Positions 50,445 to 60,412 of a DNA stretch of 64,000 bases are shown piece by piece. Position 1 is the first letter of the stretch. Every line of letters begins with the position of its first letter. This DNA is from Candidatus Krumholzibacteriota bacterium (GTDB lineage: Bacteria > Krumholzibacteriota > Krumholzibacteriia > JAJRXK01): contig CAVSGG010000004.1 of NCBI GenBank assembly GCA_963727455.1, positions 1 through 64,000 of the forward strand, read 5' to 3'. Both the position numbers and the translations under genes were made by a program. The notes under the pieces are model-generated. The model searched no databases, had not been told where the DNA came from, and saw nothing but the letters and a program-made list of their open reading frames with translations.

Positions 50445-51512
50445 TCAGGGCACCAAAATGGGGCGCTTCTGGATGCGGTGGTGCGCTACTTCGTTCATCA
50501 CTTCCGCCGCTTCGTCGAGTGGGTAGGTCTGCACGAAGTCAGCGAGGTCGATCTTCCCCGAAAGAACCAGGTCGAGCGCCTCGGGATACCACCTGGGCGG
50601 GCAACCCCAATTCCCGCGCGCGGTGGCGTCCAGGGCCATGAGCTTACTCAGGTGTAGGCTGGCCTTCTCGGGGGTGAACCCGACCACGGCCAGATAACCG
50701 CCGAAGTCGAGCAAGTTGAAGGCGGTCTCCTGTCCGGCGCTGGTGCCACTGGTCTCGAAGATCTTTAGGCCGATGCCACCGCGGTCCTGTGATTTGACGA
50801 ATTGGCGCACCGTCTTCTTGAGTTCCTTCGGATCGTCCGCCGAGGCATCCAACGCGAGGGCGGCTCCGTGCGAGGCGGCCAGCGCGAGGCGGCCTTGATC
50901 GACGTCGATTGCCACCACCGCGGCGCCCAAAGCGGCCGCGATCTGTACTCCGAATCCCCCAACCCCACCCACTCCTACGAAGATCGCAAGGTCATTGGCG
51001 GAAAGACCACTGCGGCGAATCGCCTCGTAGGGAGTGGTGACGGCATCCGCTACCACCGAGAGATGGGAGAGGGGCAGGCCCTGTGGAAGGGACTCGGGAA
51101 TCGGACACAGGCCGCGCGCGGGAAGTTTGACGTGGGTAGCGAAGCCGCCGTGGCCGTCGTTTCCCGGCATGAATTGGTGGCGGCAAATGGTGGGCCGGTC
51201 GACCTTGCAGGCCGGACACTCGCCGCAGGGGATCACCGCGGGCACGAGGACCCGGCGACCCTCCCATTCCTGCGCGCCCTCGCCGCAGTCGACCACGCGT
51301 CCGGCGATCTCATGGCCGAGGATGAGAGGAAGCGGATGGCGCGGGGGGACTTGGCCAGCCCAGAAGCCCAGGTCGGTGTGGCAGACTCCACAGCCCGCAA
51401 CCTCGAGGAGGACCTCGTGCGGAGCGCAGGCGAGCTCGGTCAGGGCCAGTTTCTCTAGCGGCTGTCCGGGGATTTTGACGCTAAACCCATATGCAGCAAT
51501 AGTTTGTGACAT
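50445..51512 (-). CDS. had: 6-hydroxycyclohex-1-ene-1-carbonyl-CoA dehydrogenase (Zn-ADH)
   Basis: GCGVCHTD, LGHEI, CGECPAC..C, MPGNDGHGGFA, LSKLMALDA..GNWGC. Confidence 0.93.
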   Translation of the reverse strand: MSQTIAAYGFSVKIPGQPLEKLALTELACAPHEVLLEVAGCGVCHTDLGFWAGQVPPRHPLPLILGHEIAGRVVDCGEGAQEWEGRRVLVPAVIPCGECPACKVDRPTICRHQFMPGNDGHGGFATHVKLPARGLCPIPESLPQGLPLSHLSVVADAVTTPYEAIRRSGLSANDLAIFVGVGGVGGFGVQIAAALGAAVVAIDVDQGRLALAASHGAALALDASADDPKELKKTVRQFVKSQDRGGIGLKIFETSGTSAGQETAFNLLDFGGYLAVVGFTPEKASLHLSKLMALDATARGNWGCPPRWYPEALDLVLSGKIDLADFVQTYPLDEAAEVMNEVAHHRIQKRPILVP

Positions 51513-51527
51513 GACTCCATTCCCGTC

Positions 51528-51581
51528 CGAACATTCGTTCGAATTTTCCTACATTATGGAACGATGGGAAAGGAGAATCAA
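51528..51581 (-). promoter_or_regulatory. Sigma70-type promoter and palindromic operator for the had-bcr operon
   Basis: TTGATT (51581-51576)-17 nt-CATAAT (51558-51553); CGAAC-N4-GTTCG at 51528-51541 just downstream. Confidence 0.65.
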
Positions 51582-51590
51582 GTCCAGTTC

Positions 51591-53297
51591 TCATGATTTT
51601 GTGGCGCTCGCATCCTCCAGGGCTGCCCGCAGAGTGCTCCCGAGCTCTTGGCGGATGGCCTCGCCCGCCTCCTTCGCCTGGCGCAGGCCGGACTCGGCCC
51701 TCTCTCGCGTCTTGCTCGCCCAGGGTTGATCGTCCTTCAGCCCAGCCAGGTTGATGAGCACGTTGTAGTAGGCGCCCTCGGCACAGGCCATGGCGCAGAG
51801 GGCCGCCACGCCCGCGTCGCTCAGGCTGTTGGGATTGCCCTTGCGCGCAGCTTCCGCAGTCAGATCGAGGACCGCGTGGGTGCGCTCGAGCACGCGTAGG
51901 GGAACCAGAGTTGCCTCGCGGTTGGCCTGCAGAATCGCTTTCTCCCGCGCCGCGATTTCGCTCTCTGTGGACTTGGGGTACCGGCGCGCCGCCAGCACTG
52001 CGTTGAAGGCCTGGGTGTCGGCATCGACGGCCTCCATGAGCCAGTCCTTGTGCTCCTGCGCCTTCACCGCCAGCTCGTTCATCGCGTCCCAGACATCGTC
52101 CTGCCCCTTCCGTCCGACAGTGAGATTGGCCACCATGGCGGCCAGTCCGGCGGCGAGACTGCCGACGAGCGCGGCCACGCTTCCGCCTCCCGGTGCGGGG
52201 GATTCGCTGGAGAGCTCGTCACAGAAGGCGGCAAGACTCAGATCGGCAAGGCCCGACTGTCCCTTCTTGAGGCGATATTCGATGATTTTCTCTTGCGGGT
52301 CGAAGGGAGCCACGTCGCGCATTCCCATGCTCCGGATCGCGCATTCGACGACCTCACTCTCGGGGATACCGGCGCTCTTGCCCTGCTTGCGCAGGTAGTG
52401 CCGGCCGGCCTGCACCATCGCCTCCAGCGGAACCAAACCAACCAGTTCGCTGCCCGTGACCCGCAAGCCACGCTTCACCGCCTCCTCGCAGGCGGCGTCG
52501 AAGACCGCGTGCAGACTGCTGACCTTATAGTTGGTCAGGTTCATGGAGATCTGCGCGAGCTTGTATTCGTCGATGTACCAGCCCACTCCTTTGACGTGCT
52601 CGAAGCGTCCGGGCACCTTGATCGCCTTGCCGGACTTATCGCGCACGATCTCACCCTGGGAATCCCGCTTCGCACGACCCTGTTCGCGGAGGTCGAGCGC
52701 AATGTCGCTGGCCCTCGATTTATCCTGGGTGTTGAGATTGACGTTGTAGGCCAGCAGGAACTCGCGCGCGGAGATCGCGGTGGCGCCGGTGTGCGGATTG
52801 AAACTGGCGGGACCAAAGTCCGGTTTCCATTCCTCTTTTGTCAATTTGTCTGGAAGCGCTTCGTACTCCCCGCTGCGCACGTCGGCCAAGTTCACGCGTT
52901 CGGGACGCGATGCCGCGTACTCGTAGAGATAGACCGGGATCTTCAACTCCTCACCCACCCGCTTGCCCAGGCGGCGCGCAAGCTCCACGCAATCGTCCAT
53001 GCTCAGGCCGGAAACCGGTACGAAGGGACATACGTCGGTGGCTCCCATGCGCGGATGGGCGCCGCGATGTTTGCTCATGTCGATGAGTTGCGCGGCCTTC
53101 GCGATTCCGCGGTACGCGCCTTCCAGCACCGCTTCGGGCTCGCCCACCACGGTTACGACAGTGCGATTGGTCGCAGCGCCCGGGTCCACATCAAGGACCT
53201 GGCAGCCATCTGCGCTCTTGATCGCTGCCACGATTGCATCCAGAACCGCGTGGTCGCGGCCTTCACTGAAATTGGGAACGCATTCTACGATGGCCAT
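51591..53297 (-). CDS. Glutamate formimidoyltransferase / formiminotetrahydrofolate cyclodeaminase (FTCD fusion)
   Basis: ECVPNFSEGR, HPRMGATDVCPF, GSELVGL, SPAPGGGS, GNPNSLSDAGV. Confidence 0.95.
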   Translation of the reverse strand: MAIVECVPNFSEGRDHAVLDAIVAAIKSADGCQVLDVDPGAATNRTVVTVVGEPEAVLEGAYRGIAKAAQLIDMSKHRGAHPRMGATDVCPFVPVSGLSMDDCVELARRLGKRVGEELKIPVYLYEYAASRPERVNLADVRSGEYEALPDKLTKEEWKPDFGPASFNPHTGATAISAREFLLAYNVNLNTQDKSRASDIALDLREQGRAKRDSQGEIVRDKSGKAIKVPGRFEHVKGVGWYIDEYKLAQISMNLTNYKVSSLHAVFDAACEEAVKRGLRVTGSELVGLVPLEAMVQAGRHYLRKQGKSAGIPESEVVECAIRSMGMRDVAPFDPQEKIIEYRLKKGQSGLADLSLAAFCDELSSESPAPGGGSVAALVGSLAAGLAAMVANLTVGRKGQDDVWDAMNELAVKAQEHKDWLMEAVDADTQAFNAVLAARRYPKSTESEIAAREKAILQANREATLVPLRVLERTHAVLDLTAEAARKGNPNSLSDAGVAALCAMACAEGAYYNVLINLAGLKDDQPWASKTRERAESGLRQAKEAGEAIRQELGSTLRAALEDASATKS

Positions 53298-53470
53298 GGT
53301 TGCCCCCCGAGTTCTTGAACGAAACGTGTGCGGGCGCTCGCACGAAAGACGGATCATGAACATAGAGCGACGCGGGAGCGGTTTCAAGCCAGTCAGTTTG
53401 GCCGCTTGTCGCCCCGGGATAAGAGGGGCAGAATGGTGGCGGGCAGAAACCCCGAAAGACGGGAGCTTCC

Positions 53471-54295
53471 ATGGCCGATCTACGCGGAAAGGTGCTCTTC
53501 ATCACCGGTGCCAGCCGGGGTATCGGCAAGGCGATCGCGCTGCGGGCGGCGCGGGACGGTGCTCGCGTGGTCCTGGCGGCCAAGACAGTACGCGAGCACC
53601 CGAAGTTGCCGGGGACCATTCACACTGCCGCGGCGGAAGTGAAGAATGTGGGAGGCGAGGCGCTCGCGCTGCAGTGCGACGTGCGGCACGAGGAAGAAGT
53701 GACGGCGGCGGTCGAGGCCGCTGTGGCCCGCTTCGGGAGGCTCGACATCTTGGTGAACAATGCGGGTGCGCTCGCGCTCAGCGGCACGCTGGACACCAAG
53801 ATGCGCACCTTCGATCGGCTTTTTGCGGTAAATACCCGCGCCGCATTTCTCTGTGCCCGCAGCTGTCTTCCCCATCTCGTGAAAACGGAGAATCCTCACA
53901 TCCTCAATATCTCTCCCCCCTTGAACTGGGATCAAAAATGGTTCAAGGACCACGTCGCCTACAGCCTCTCGAAGTACGGGATGAGTGTCTGGGTTCTCGG
54001 CATGAGCGCGGAGTTCGAAGAAAAAGGGGTAGGGGTGAATGCGCTATGGCCCAGAACCGCCATCGCGACCGCCGCAGTGCGCAATCTCCTGGGCGGAGAG
54101 CCCATGATCCGCCGCTCGCGCAAGTCTTCCATCATGGCCGATGCGGCGTACGCCATCCTCATTAGGGACAGCCGAAAATGCAGCGGGAACTTCTACTTGG
54201 ACGAGGACGTGCTGAAAGAGGAGGGGGTCACCGATTTCGACGCCTACGCAGTGGAAGCGGGGGCCGAGCTACTCCCCGATTTTTTCATCGACTAG
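53471..54295 (+). CDS. SDR oxidoreductase (HSDL2 / citronellol dehydrogenase-like)
   Basis: TGASRGIG, HPKLPGTIH, NISPPL, YSLSK, NALWPRTAIATAA. Confidence 0.9.
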   Translation: MADLRGKVLFITGASRGIGKAIALRAARDGARVVLAAKTVREHPKLPGTIHTAAAEVKNVGGEALALQCDVRHEEEVTAAVEAAVARFGRLDILVNNAGALALSGTLDTKMRTFDRLFAVNTRAAFLCARSCLPHLVKTENPHILNISPPLNWDQKWFKDHVAYSLSKYGMSVWVLGMSAEFEEKGVGVNALWPRTAIATAAVRNLLGGEPMIRRSRKSSIMADAAYAILIRDSRKCSGNFYLDEDVLKEEGVTDFDAYAVEAGAELLPDFFID

Positions 54296-55956
54296 CGCTT
54301 ACTCAGATGCAAGAGGCGATCGAGATGCTTGCGTAGCTCGTTCAGGCCGAAGGGTTTGGGCAAAAACTCGGTCAGTGGATCGCGCGCGGGATTGCGGAGT
54401 GCCTCCGCTTCGCTGAAACCACTGGTCAAAAGAACAGGTAAGTCGGGTCGGCCAGCGCGGATCTCCTTGAGAACTTGCTCGCCGCCAAGTTGCGGCATGA
54501 TCATATCCGCGATTACGAGCCGGAAAGCCTCTGGGTGCTCGGTGAACTTCTGCAGACCTTCCACGCCGTCGCTGGCCGTCTCAACCTGTAGCCCCAGACT
54601 TTCGAGAAGGCGGCGGGTGACCGCGCGCACCGAGTCCTCGTCCTCGATGAGCAGGACCAGGCCGCTTCCCTTCCATTCGGTCGTGCTCTCCACCCGTTTT
54701 GGGATGGCCTCTTCCTTGTCTGCGGGAAAACTGATGTGGAACTTGGTTCCCTGGCCCAGAGCGCTTTTCACCCGGATGCTACCCCGGTGTTCCTTGATGA
54801 TGCCGAGGGTCGATGCCAGTCCCAGACCACGTCCGGCGAACTTGGTGGAAAAGAAGGGATCGAACACCCGGAGTAGAGTGTCTTCATCCATTCCCTTTCC
54901 GTTGTCCTCGACCTCCAGATAGACGTAGTCGCCAGCCGGCAGGTCCTGATTCAACCAGGGGGTGCTCAGTTCCCTTTGTTCGCAAAACTCCTCTCCCATG
55001 CGAATGGTGATCGTGCCCGGCTGGCCTTCGAATGCTTCGGATGCGTTGATGATGAGGTTGAGAACGATTTGCCGAATCTGGCTCGCGTCCCCCCTTATCG
55101 GAGCGAGCGAGGGAGGCGCGTCCACCTTCAGTTCAATGTCGCGAGAAATGGAGATTCTGAATAGCCGATCCATCTCGCGGATGAGTTCGATGAGGTCGAT
55201 GGGACCGCGCTGAGGAGCCGTCTTGCCCGCATAGGCCAACATTTGCTGACAGAGGTCGGTGCCGTGCTCCGCAGCGCGGTGAATCTCTTCCATGTGCGTG
55301 CGCGTTGGATCTTCCGCCCCCATCTCGGCAAGCGCGAGCTCGGTACTTCCCAGGATGCTGCTGAGGAGATTGTTGAAATCGTGCGCGATGCCGCCGGTAA
55401 AGACGCCCAAGCTCTCCAGTTTTTGGGCATGAAAGACCTGCGCCTGGAGACTGGCCCGTTCCTCTTCGGCCTGTTTGCGCGTACTGATGTCCGTCATCGT
55501 GACGAGGTCGGCGGGACGGCCCTGAAAGAAAACGGTCCTCGAGTAAATTTCCACCCAACGTGTCGTGTTTGATGAAGTGAGCAGGCGCATGGGGTAGTTG
55601 GTAACCACGCCCTCGTTGCCCTGCATCTTGCGTCGAATTTGCTCGGTGACGAATTCCCGATCGTCCGGATGAATGAGCCGCGCGATGTTCTCCAGGCTCT
55701 TCATCTCGCGAATCTCTTCCAGGGGATACTCGACCAGGTTCAGGAATGTCTCATTGCAGTACTTGAAGGCGCCGTCCTGAATTACGGCGATCGCGATCAT
55801 CGACTGTTCGGAAATGAGGCGGAACTTCTCTTCACTTTCGCGAAGTGCGCGTTCGCTTGCTTCGTGCTTTTGTTGGAAGTCCTTGAGCTCAGCCAGTCGT
55901 CTTTCGAGGGCGCGATATTGCTTCAGGAGTTCTTCGTATTCGGGAGACGTTCCCAC
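54292..55956 (-). CDS. Hybrid PAS histidine kinase with receiver domain
   Basis: PAS; GGIAHDFNN H-box; NLIINA; DNGKG; FFSTK; GLGL; REC domain with IEDE, DMIMP, PKPF. Start uncertain (up to 55995). Confidence 0.93.
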   Translation of the reverse strand: MGTSPEYEELLKQYRALERRLAELKDFQQKHEASERALRESEEKFRLISEQSMIAIAVIQDGAFKYCNETFLNLVEYPLEEIREMKSLENIARLIHPDDREFVTEQIRRKMQGNEGVVTNYPMRLLTSSNTTRWVEIYSRTVFFQGRPADLVTMTDISTRKQAEEERASLQAQVFHAQKLESLGVFTGGIAHDFNNLLSSILGSTELALAEMGAEDPTRTHMEEIHRAAEHGTDLCQQMLAYAGKTAPQRGPIDLIELIREMDRLFRISISRDIELKVDAPPSLAPIRGDASQIRQIVLNLIINASEAFEGQPGTITIRMGEEFCEQRELSTPWLNQDLPAGDYVYLEVEDNGKGMDEDTLLRVFDPFFSTKFAGRGLGLASTLGIIKEHRGSIRVKSALGQGTKFHISFPADKEEAIPKRVESTTEWKGSGLVLLIEDEDSVRAVTRRLLESLGLQVETASDGVEGLQKFTEHPEAFRLVIADMIMPQLGGEQVLKEIRAGRPDLPVLLTSGFSEAEALRNPARDPLTEFLPKPFGLNELRKHLDRLLHLSKR

Positions 55957-56173
55957 GGCCGACCTGCAAGCAAAGTGGTGCAAAATGGAGCCCAATCAGC
56001 GCCAAATAGCATAACAGGATACATCCTACGATGCGAGAGAGTTCCACGAAGGCTGGAGTCGTCTTCGACGAGGTTCTAAGCTAGTTTTGTCAGTGTGAGC
56101 TGCCCCATGTTCAGCTAGGGCGTGGATCGCAGCGGCACGCAAAGCACCTTCCACCCGGGAAAGCGAGCGAGAC

Positions 56174-56953
56174 ATGGGATCCAAGAACCACCACGGACTC
56201 ATCTGCGGGGCAAGCATGGGAATCGGCAGGGCGGCGGCGATTGCCCTGGCTCGTCGCGGACTCGCGCTGACCCTCCTCTCGCGGCGCGAGGCCGTTCTCG
56301 CGGAGTTGGCCAGCCAGCTCGAGCAAGAAGGGGCAAGCGCGGTGGAGGTGCTCGTCGCCGATCTGGACGATCGCGAGGATTTGGAAGTGAAGGTTCGCGA
56401 GCATCTACGCCAGCAGGGCCCCATTCACATCCTCTTGAACAATACGGGCGGTCCACCCTTGGGTTCGATTTTGGACGCCGGGCCTGACGATTTTCTACGG
56501 GCGTTCTCGCGCCACGTTCTCGCCTCGCATCTGCTCTTACAGATCTGTCTGCCCGGTATGCGCGCCGAGGGCTACGGGCGCGTGATCAACGTGGTCTCGA
56601 CTTCCGTTTACGAACCCATCCCACAACTCGGGGTGAGCAACACCACACGCGCAGCAATGGCGGGTTGGGCGAAATCGGTCAGTCGGGAGCTACCGGCGGG
56701 CGTGACGATCAACAATGTCCTCCCGGGTTACACCGACACCGAACGTCTCGCCGAACTCAAGACGGCCTTGGCGCGCTCGCGAGGAGTCGAGGAAGAGGAG
56801 ATCGAGCACGAGTGGTTGGCTCAAATCCCCGAGGGCAGGCTGGCGCAGCCCAGCGAGCTCGGCGAGCTCATTGCCTACCTCGCCTCTCCCGCAGCAGCCT
56901 ACCTGCGGGGTCAGAGTATCGCGATCGACGGCGGGCGAATGCGGAGTATCTGA
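56174..56953 (+). CDS. SDR oxidoreductase (atypical SNTTR active-site subgroup)
   Basis: CGASMGIG, NNTGGPP, SNTTRAA, PGYTDTER. Confidence 0.9.
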   Translation: MGSKNHHGLICGASMGIGRAAAIALARRGLALTLLSRREAVLAELASQLEQEGASAVEVLVADLDDREDLEVKVREHLRQQGPIHILLNNTGGPPLGSILDAGPDDFLRAFSRHVLASHLLLQICLPGMRAEGYGRVINVVSTSVYEPIPQLGVSNTTRAAMAGWAKSVSRELPAGVTINNVLPGYTDTERLAELKTALARSRGVEEEEIEHEWLAQIPEGRLAQPSELGELIAYLASPAAAYLRGQSIAIDGGRMRSI

Positions 56954-56956
56954 GAT

Positions 56957-58522
56957 TTACACCAAGATGCGCCGAGGTTTTCCACGTAGTCCTTCCGCCA
57001 GCGCCGCCTCCCACCGATCGCTCGTGGCGTCGTCCAAGGGACCCAGGTAGCCTCTCCAGGTTCGGCGCCAGATGAGGTCCTCCAGTTTGAGGGCATGCTC
57101 GTGCCGTACGGCATGAACGACCTCGGCCACGGTGAACGGCAAGTCCTTCTCCAAAGGCTCGGCCCATTCGGGATGTTCGCGGATCAATTTCAAGATGCTC
57201 GTATGGCGGCTACCATAGGTGCCCAAGAGGTAACGTAGGGTCGTGAGCGGAAGCTTGGTCTCTCGCAAGAGGAGGTCCTCGGCAACCCGGAAGTAATCGT
57301 TCATCTCGGGAATGTCGCCGCCGGGAAGCGGCAACTCGGCGGTCTGGCAGGCCCTCTTCGCCTTCGCATCGATCAAGAGTGTGATCATATCGACCGCTCG
57401 CTCGGCGACCGCGCGATAGGTGGTGAACTTTCCACCCAGCACGCACACCAAGCCGGGGGCCTCTTCGCGCACCTGTGCCTCACGACTCACTTCTCCCAGT
57501 TCGACGCTGCCGGGGAGCAGCGTTCGCAGCCCCGCAAAAGAGGAAAGGACTCTTCGCTCGCTCTGGTTTTTGGCGGGAAAGTAGCTGTCGACCTCCCGCA
57601 AGAGGTATTCCACGTCTTCATCTTCGATCGAGAGTTCTTCGGGTCTTCCGTAGTGCTCGATTTCTGTAGTTCCGACCAGGCTCTGTCCCTTCCAGGGCAG
57701 GGCGAAGAGCACACGGCGATCCTGCCGTGATTGCAGGAGGATTCCGTGGCCCTGAGTGATGGAGGGAAGGACGATGTGGGTGCCGCGACTCAAACGGGGC
57801 GTCGGACCTTCGGTGAGCTTCTGCATACCGAGGATGCGGGCGTACCAGGGTCCCGCCGCGTTCACCACAACCCTCGCCTCGACCTCCACGCTCTCTGCGC
57901 CGAGAAGGTCGCGCAAGTGCACTCCCACGACGCGACCCTCTCTTACCAGAAGGTCCTTGCATTCCACGCGACTCAAGAGCAAGGCCCCGTGAGCTTGCGC
58001 GTCGAGCGCGTTTTCCAAAACCAGGCGAGCGTCATTCATCTGTGCATCGTGGAAGCGAAAGCCACCCTTCAGTCCGTTAGTCTGCAATTGCGGCTCTTCG
58101 CTCGCGATCTCCTCCGACTTCAGGAGGCGGTGCCGGCCCAGACTCATGCCGCCCTGAAGAAGATCGTAGAGAAAGAGCCCCGCGCGCAGCTTCCAAAGCG
58201 GCCGCCCCAGGTTGCGATAGACCGGCAGCAGGAAGGGGAGCGGTCGCACCAAATGGGGGGCAATGCGCAGTAAGGTTTCGCGCTCGTGAAGACTCTCTCG
58301 CACCAGGCCGAAGCGAAGGTACTCGAGGTAGCGCAAGCCGCCGTGGGCCAACTTGGAACTCGCGCTGCTCGTTTCCGCCGCGAAATCGCGTTTCTCCACG
58401 AGCAGGACCGAGAGGCCTCGCAGCGCCGCGTCGCGCGCGATTCCACAGCCGGCAATTCCTCCGCCCACCACGACCAGATCGAAACGCCGCCCCTTGAGTT
58501 CGCTGATGTCTCGCGCGCTCAT
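56957..58522 (-). CDS. glpD: FAD-dependent glycerol-3-phosphate dehydrogenase
   Basis: GGGIAG, TSSASSKLAHGGLRYL, NAAGPW, GTTE, GGKFTTYR. Confidence 0.93.
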   Translation of the reverse strand: MSARDISELKGRRFDLVVVGGGIAGCGIARDAALRGLSVLLVEKRDFAAETSSASSKLAHGGLRYLEYLRFGLVRESLHERETLLRIAPHLVRPLPFLLPVYRNLGRPLWKLRAGLFLYDLLQGGMSLGRHRLLKSEEIASEEPQLQTNGLKGGFRFHDAQMNDARLVLENALDAQAHGALLLSRVECKDLLVREGRVVGVHLRDLLGAESVEVEARVVVNAAGPWYARILGMQKLTEGPTPRLSRGTHIVLPSITQGHGILLQSRQDRRVLFALPWKGQSLVGTTEIEHYGRPEELSIEDEDVEYLLREVDSYFPAKNQSERRVLSSFAGLRTLLPGSVELGEVSREAQVREEAPGLVCVLGGKFTTYRAVAERAVDMITLLIDAKAKRACQTAELPLPGGDIPEMNDYFRVAEDLLLRETKLPLTTLRYLLGTYGSRHTSILKLIREHPEWAEPLEKDLPFTVAEVVHAVRHEHALKLEDLIWRRTWRGYLGPLDDATSDRWEAALAEGLRGKPRRILV

Positions 58523-59259
58523 CCCAACTCTCCCGCGTATCGCGCGATCGCGCTTCGTAGCCGGGTCACGTCGTTGCCGCAGATACCCGAGGCGCCCAGC
58601 AATAGAGCACGTCGGACTTCAGTTTCGCCGTCCACGGTCCAAGTCCAGATTCTCTGTCCTTCTTCGCGAAGACGCTTTACGAAGGGTTCCTCCAGCCGAT
58701 CCTGCCGGATACTCACTGCGTGCAGGGCGCGACGTTCGACGGCGCTCAGCCGCGCGAGCGCGACAGGATCGGAGAGGATCAAGATGGTGCGACGTCTGGC
58801 CTGCAAAGCGCCTCTCACCAAACCCGTATCGAAGGAAGCCAGCGCGTGGGCAGAGGAACGAGGCACCAGCTCGAGGCAGCGCTCGAGTAGCTGGCGATGG
58901 GCGACCCGACGGCGGCCTCCCCCTTCGGACTTCAGTTCCAGGTACAGGGGAAGTTGCGATCCGATCGCTGTCAGCACCTCTTGCAGGCGGGGTACTCCTA
59001 GGGGCGAGAAGCCCGGAAATCCCCGCGACACGTCGACCCGCGACAACTCTTCGGCGCTCAAGTCCCCGAGACGGCGGCGTGAGCGGGCGCGACGCCACAG
59101 AGTGAAATCATGGCTCACCACGACTTCACCGTCACCCGCCAGCGTCAGATCCATCTCGATCCAGTCGGCGCCCTTGCGGATCGCCTGCTCGAACGCAGGC
59201 AGGGTGTTCTCGGGTGCGTGGGCGCTGTCGCCTCGATGAGCAATCAGGAGGGGAGTCAT
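58519..59259 (-). CDS. Glycerophosphodiester phosphodiesterase (GDPD/UgpQ-like)
   Basis: IAHRG, PENT, IEMD, HD, LELK, WTVD; ATGA overlap with glpD. Confidence 0.92.
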   Translation of the reverse strand: MTPLLIAHRGDSAHAPENTLPAFEQAIRKGADWIEMDLTLAGDGEVVVSHDFTLWRRARSRRRLGDLSAEELSRVDVSRGFPGFSPLGVPRLQEVLTAIGSQLPLYLELKSEGGGRRRVAHRQLLERCLELVPRSSAHALASFDTGLVRGALQARRRTILILSDPVALARLSAVERRALHAVSIRQDRLEEPFVKRLREEGQRIWTWTVDGETEVRRALLLGASGICGNDVTRLRSAIARYAGELG

Positions 59260-59368
59260 TTCACGAGGGCGAGGCGCAAGCCCCGTGCCGCTTTCCCTGG
59301 GGCGGGCTCAGCCTTGGTATGGTACTTTCTTGGCAGAAACACGCTCCTCCTCGAAAGGTCGTGCTCGC

Positions 59369-60085
59369 ATGCGTTTGTGCGTCTTGGCTGACATCCATGG
59401 CAATCTCGCCGCCCTCAAAACCGTACTCCAGGACGCGGCAACGCGCGAGGTGGACGGATACGCCTGTCTGGGCGACGTCGTGGGTTACGGCCCCCATCCC
59501 GGGGAATGCCTCGAGTTGCTGCGCGGGCTGGACTGCCGGATCCTGCAGGGGAACCACGAAGCGGCCCTTTTGAACGAGCCTACCGCGGGGCGCTTCAACG
59601 AGTTCGCCCGACTCGCCATCGAGTACAGCCGCGGCGCGATCAGCCCCGAGCAGCTCGAATTTCTCAAGACCCTGGAACCCACGATGGTCATCGGGGAGGA
59701 GATTCAGCTCTCTCACGGCTCCCCCGAGGATCGCGACGAATATCTCATTTTCCTTCCGCAGATCGAGGGGATGCTGAGCCATGCCCGCTACTGGCTGACC
59801 TTTTGCGGCCACTCCCATCTGCAGTTCGTCCACGATGGGAACCGCTTGATGGCTGGTCCCAGGGAGGGCGTTCCCTTGGAGTACGAGCGGCGCTATCTCA
59901 TCAACCCCGGCAGCGTGGGTCAACCCCGCGACCGCGACAATCGCAGCGCGTATTGCGTGGTGGATACCGCGGAAGCTCGCCTCGACCAGATCCGCTTGGA
60001 GTACGATATCGAAGAGACGGTCGCCGCCTATCAAGAGGCGGGTCTCCCGGAATATTCGTGGCAGAGATTGCGAGACGGCCGCTAG
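59369..60085 (+). CDS. Metallophosphoesterase (calcineurin-like)
   Basis: DIHGN, GDVVGYG, GNHE, HGSP, GHSH, INPGSVGQPRD. Confidence 0.93.
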   Translation: MRLCVLADIHGNLAALKTVLQDAATREVDGYACLGDVVGYGPHPGECLELLRGLDCRILQGNHEAALLNEPTAGRFNEFARLAIEYSRGAISPEQLEFLKTLEPTMVIGEEIQLSHGSPEDRDEYLIFLPQIEGMLSHARYWLTFCGHSHLQFVHDGNRLMAGPREGVPLEYERRYLINPGSVGQPRDRDNRSAYCVVDTAEARLDQIRLEYDIEETVAAYQEAGLPEYSWQRLRDGR

Positions 60086-60119
60086 CTGCGGTCCGGTGCG
60101 AAGGCACGAACACGACAGT

Positions 60120-60407
60120 GGGAGAAAGAAGAAGGGGGCCCGAGGGCCCCCTTCTTGCTCGATCACCGTTCGGCTAACCACGTTCTCCGTTTTCCGGTAA
60201 TCCAGTGATCCTGGCGGTAGGCTGCCCTCAGCCTCTGCTCTTCGTTCAAGCCACGGGGTCACCGGCGAACCGGTATCCTACGGGCAATTGCCCAGAGACC
60301 GTGGTGAAGGACAACGCAATCCGGGTGCCCCACGCCCCCCGATCCGCACCGTCCGACCAATCGACAGCAGGAACAAGAAACTTGCCCATGCTACCGCCCA
60401 GGATCAT
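60120..60407 (-). ncRNA. Unassigned structured non-coding RNA (~290 nt; ~200 nt closed core plus 3' hairpins)
   Basis: 15-bp closing helix (60391-60406 with 60206-60220), at least five internal helices including a UUCG loop and minus-strand-only G-U pairs, an upstream promoter and a downstream terminator. Confidence 0.65.
60129..60156. terminator. Intrinsic terminator, probably bidirectional
   Basis: AAGAAGGGGGCC-CGAG-GGCCCCCTTCTT; the longer pyrimidine tail (UUCUUCUUUCU) is on the minus strand. Confidence 0.8.
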
Positions 60408-60412
60408 GCCCA

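Noticed and set aside
60206-60406. MITE/IS3-like remnant suggested by TG...CA terminal inverted repeats
   Set aside because: No target-site duplication (flanks CAG / TGC) and no second copy noticed in the window. The promoter, terminator and strand-specific G-U helices favour an RNA gene. Not fully excluded without a genome-wide search.
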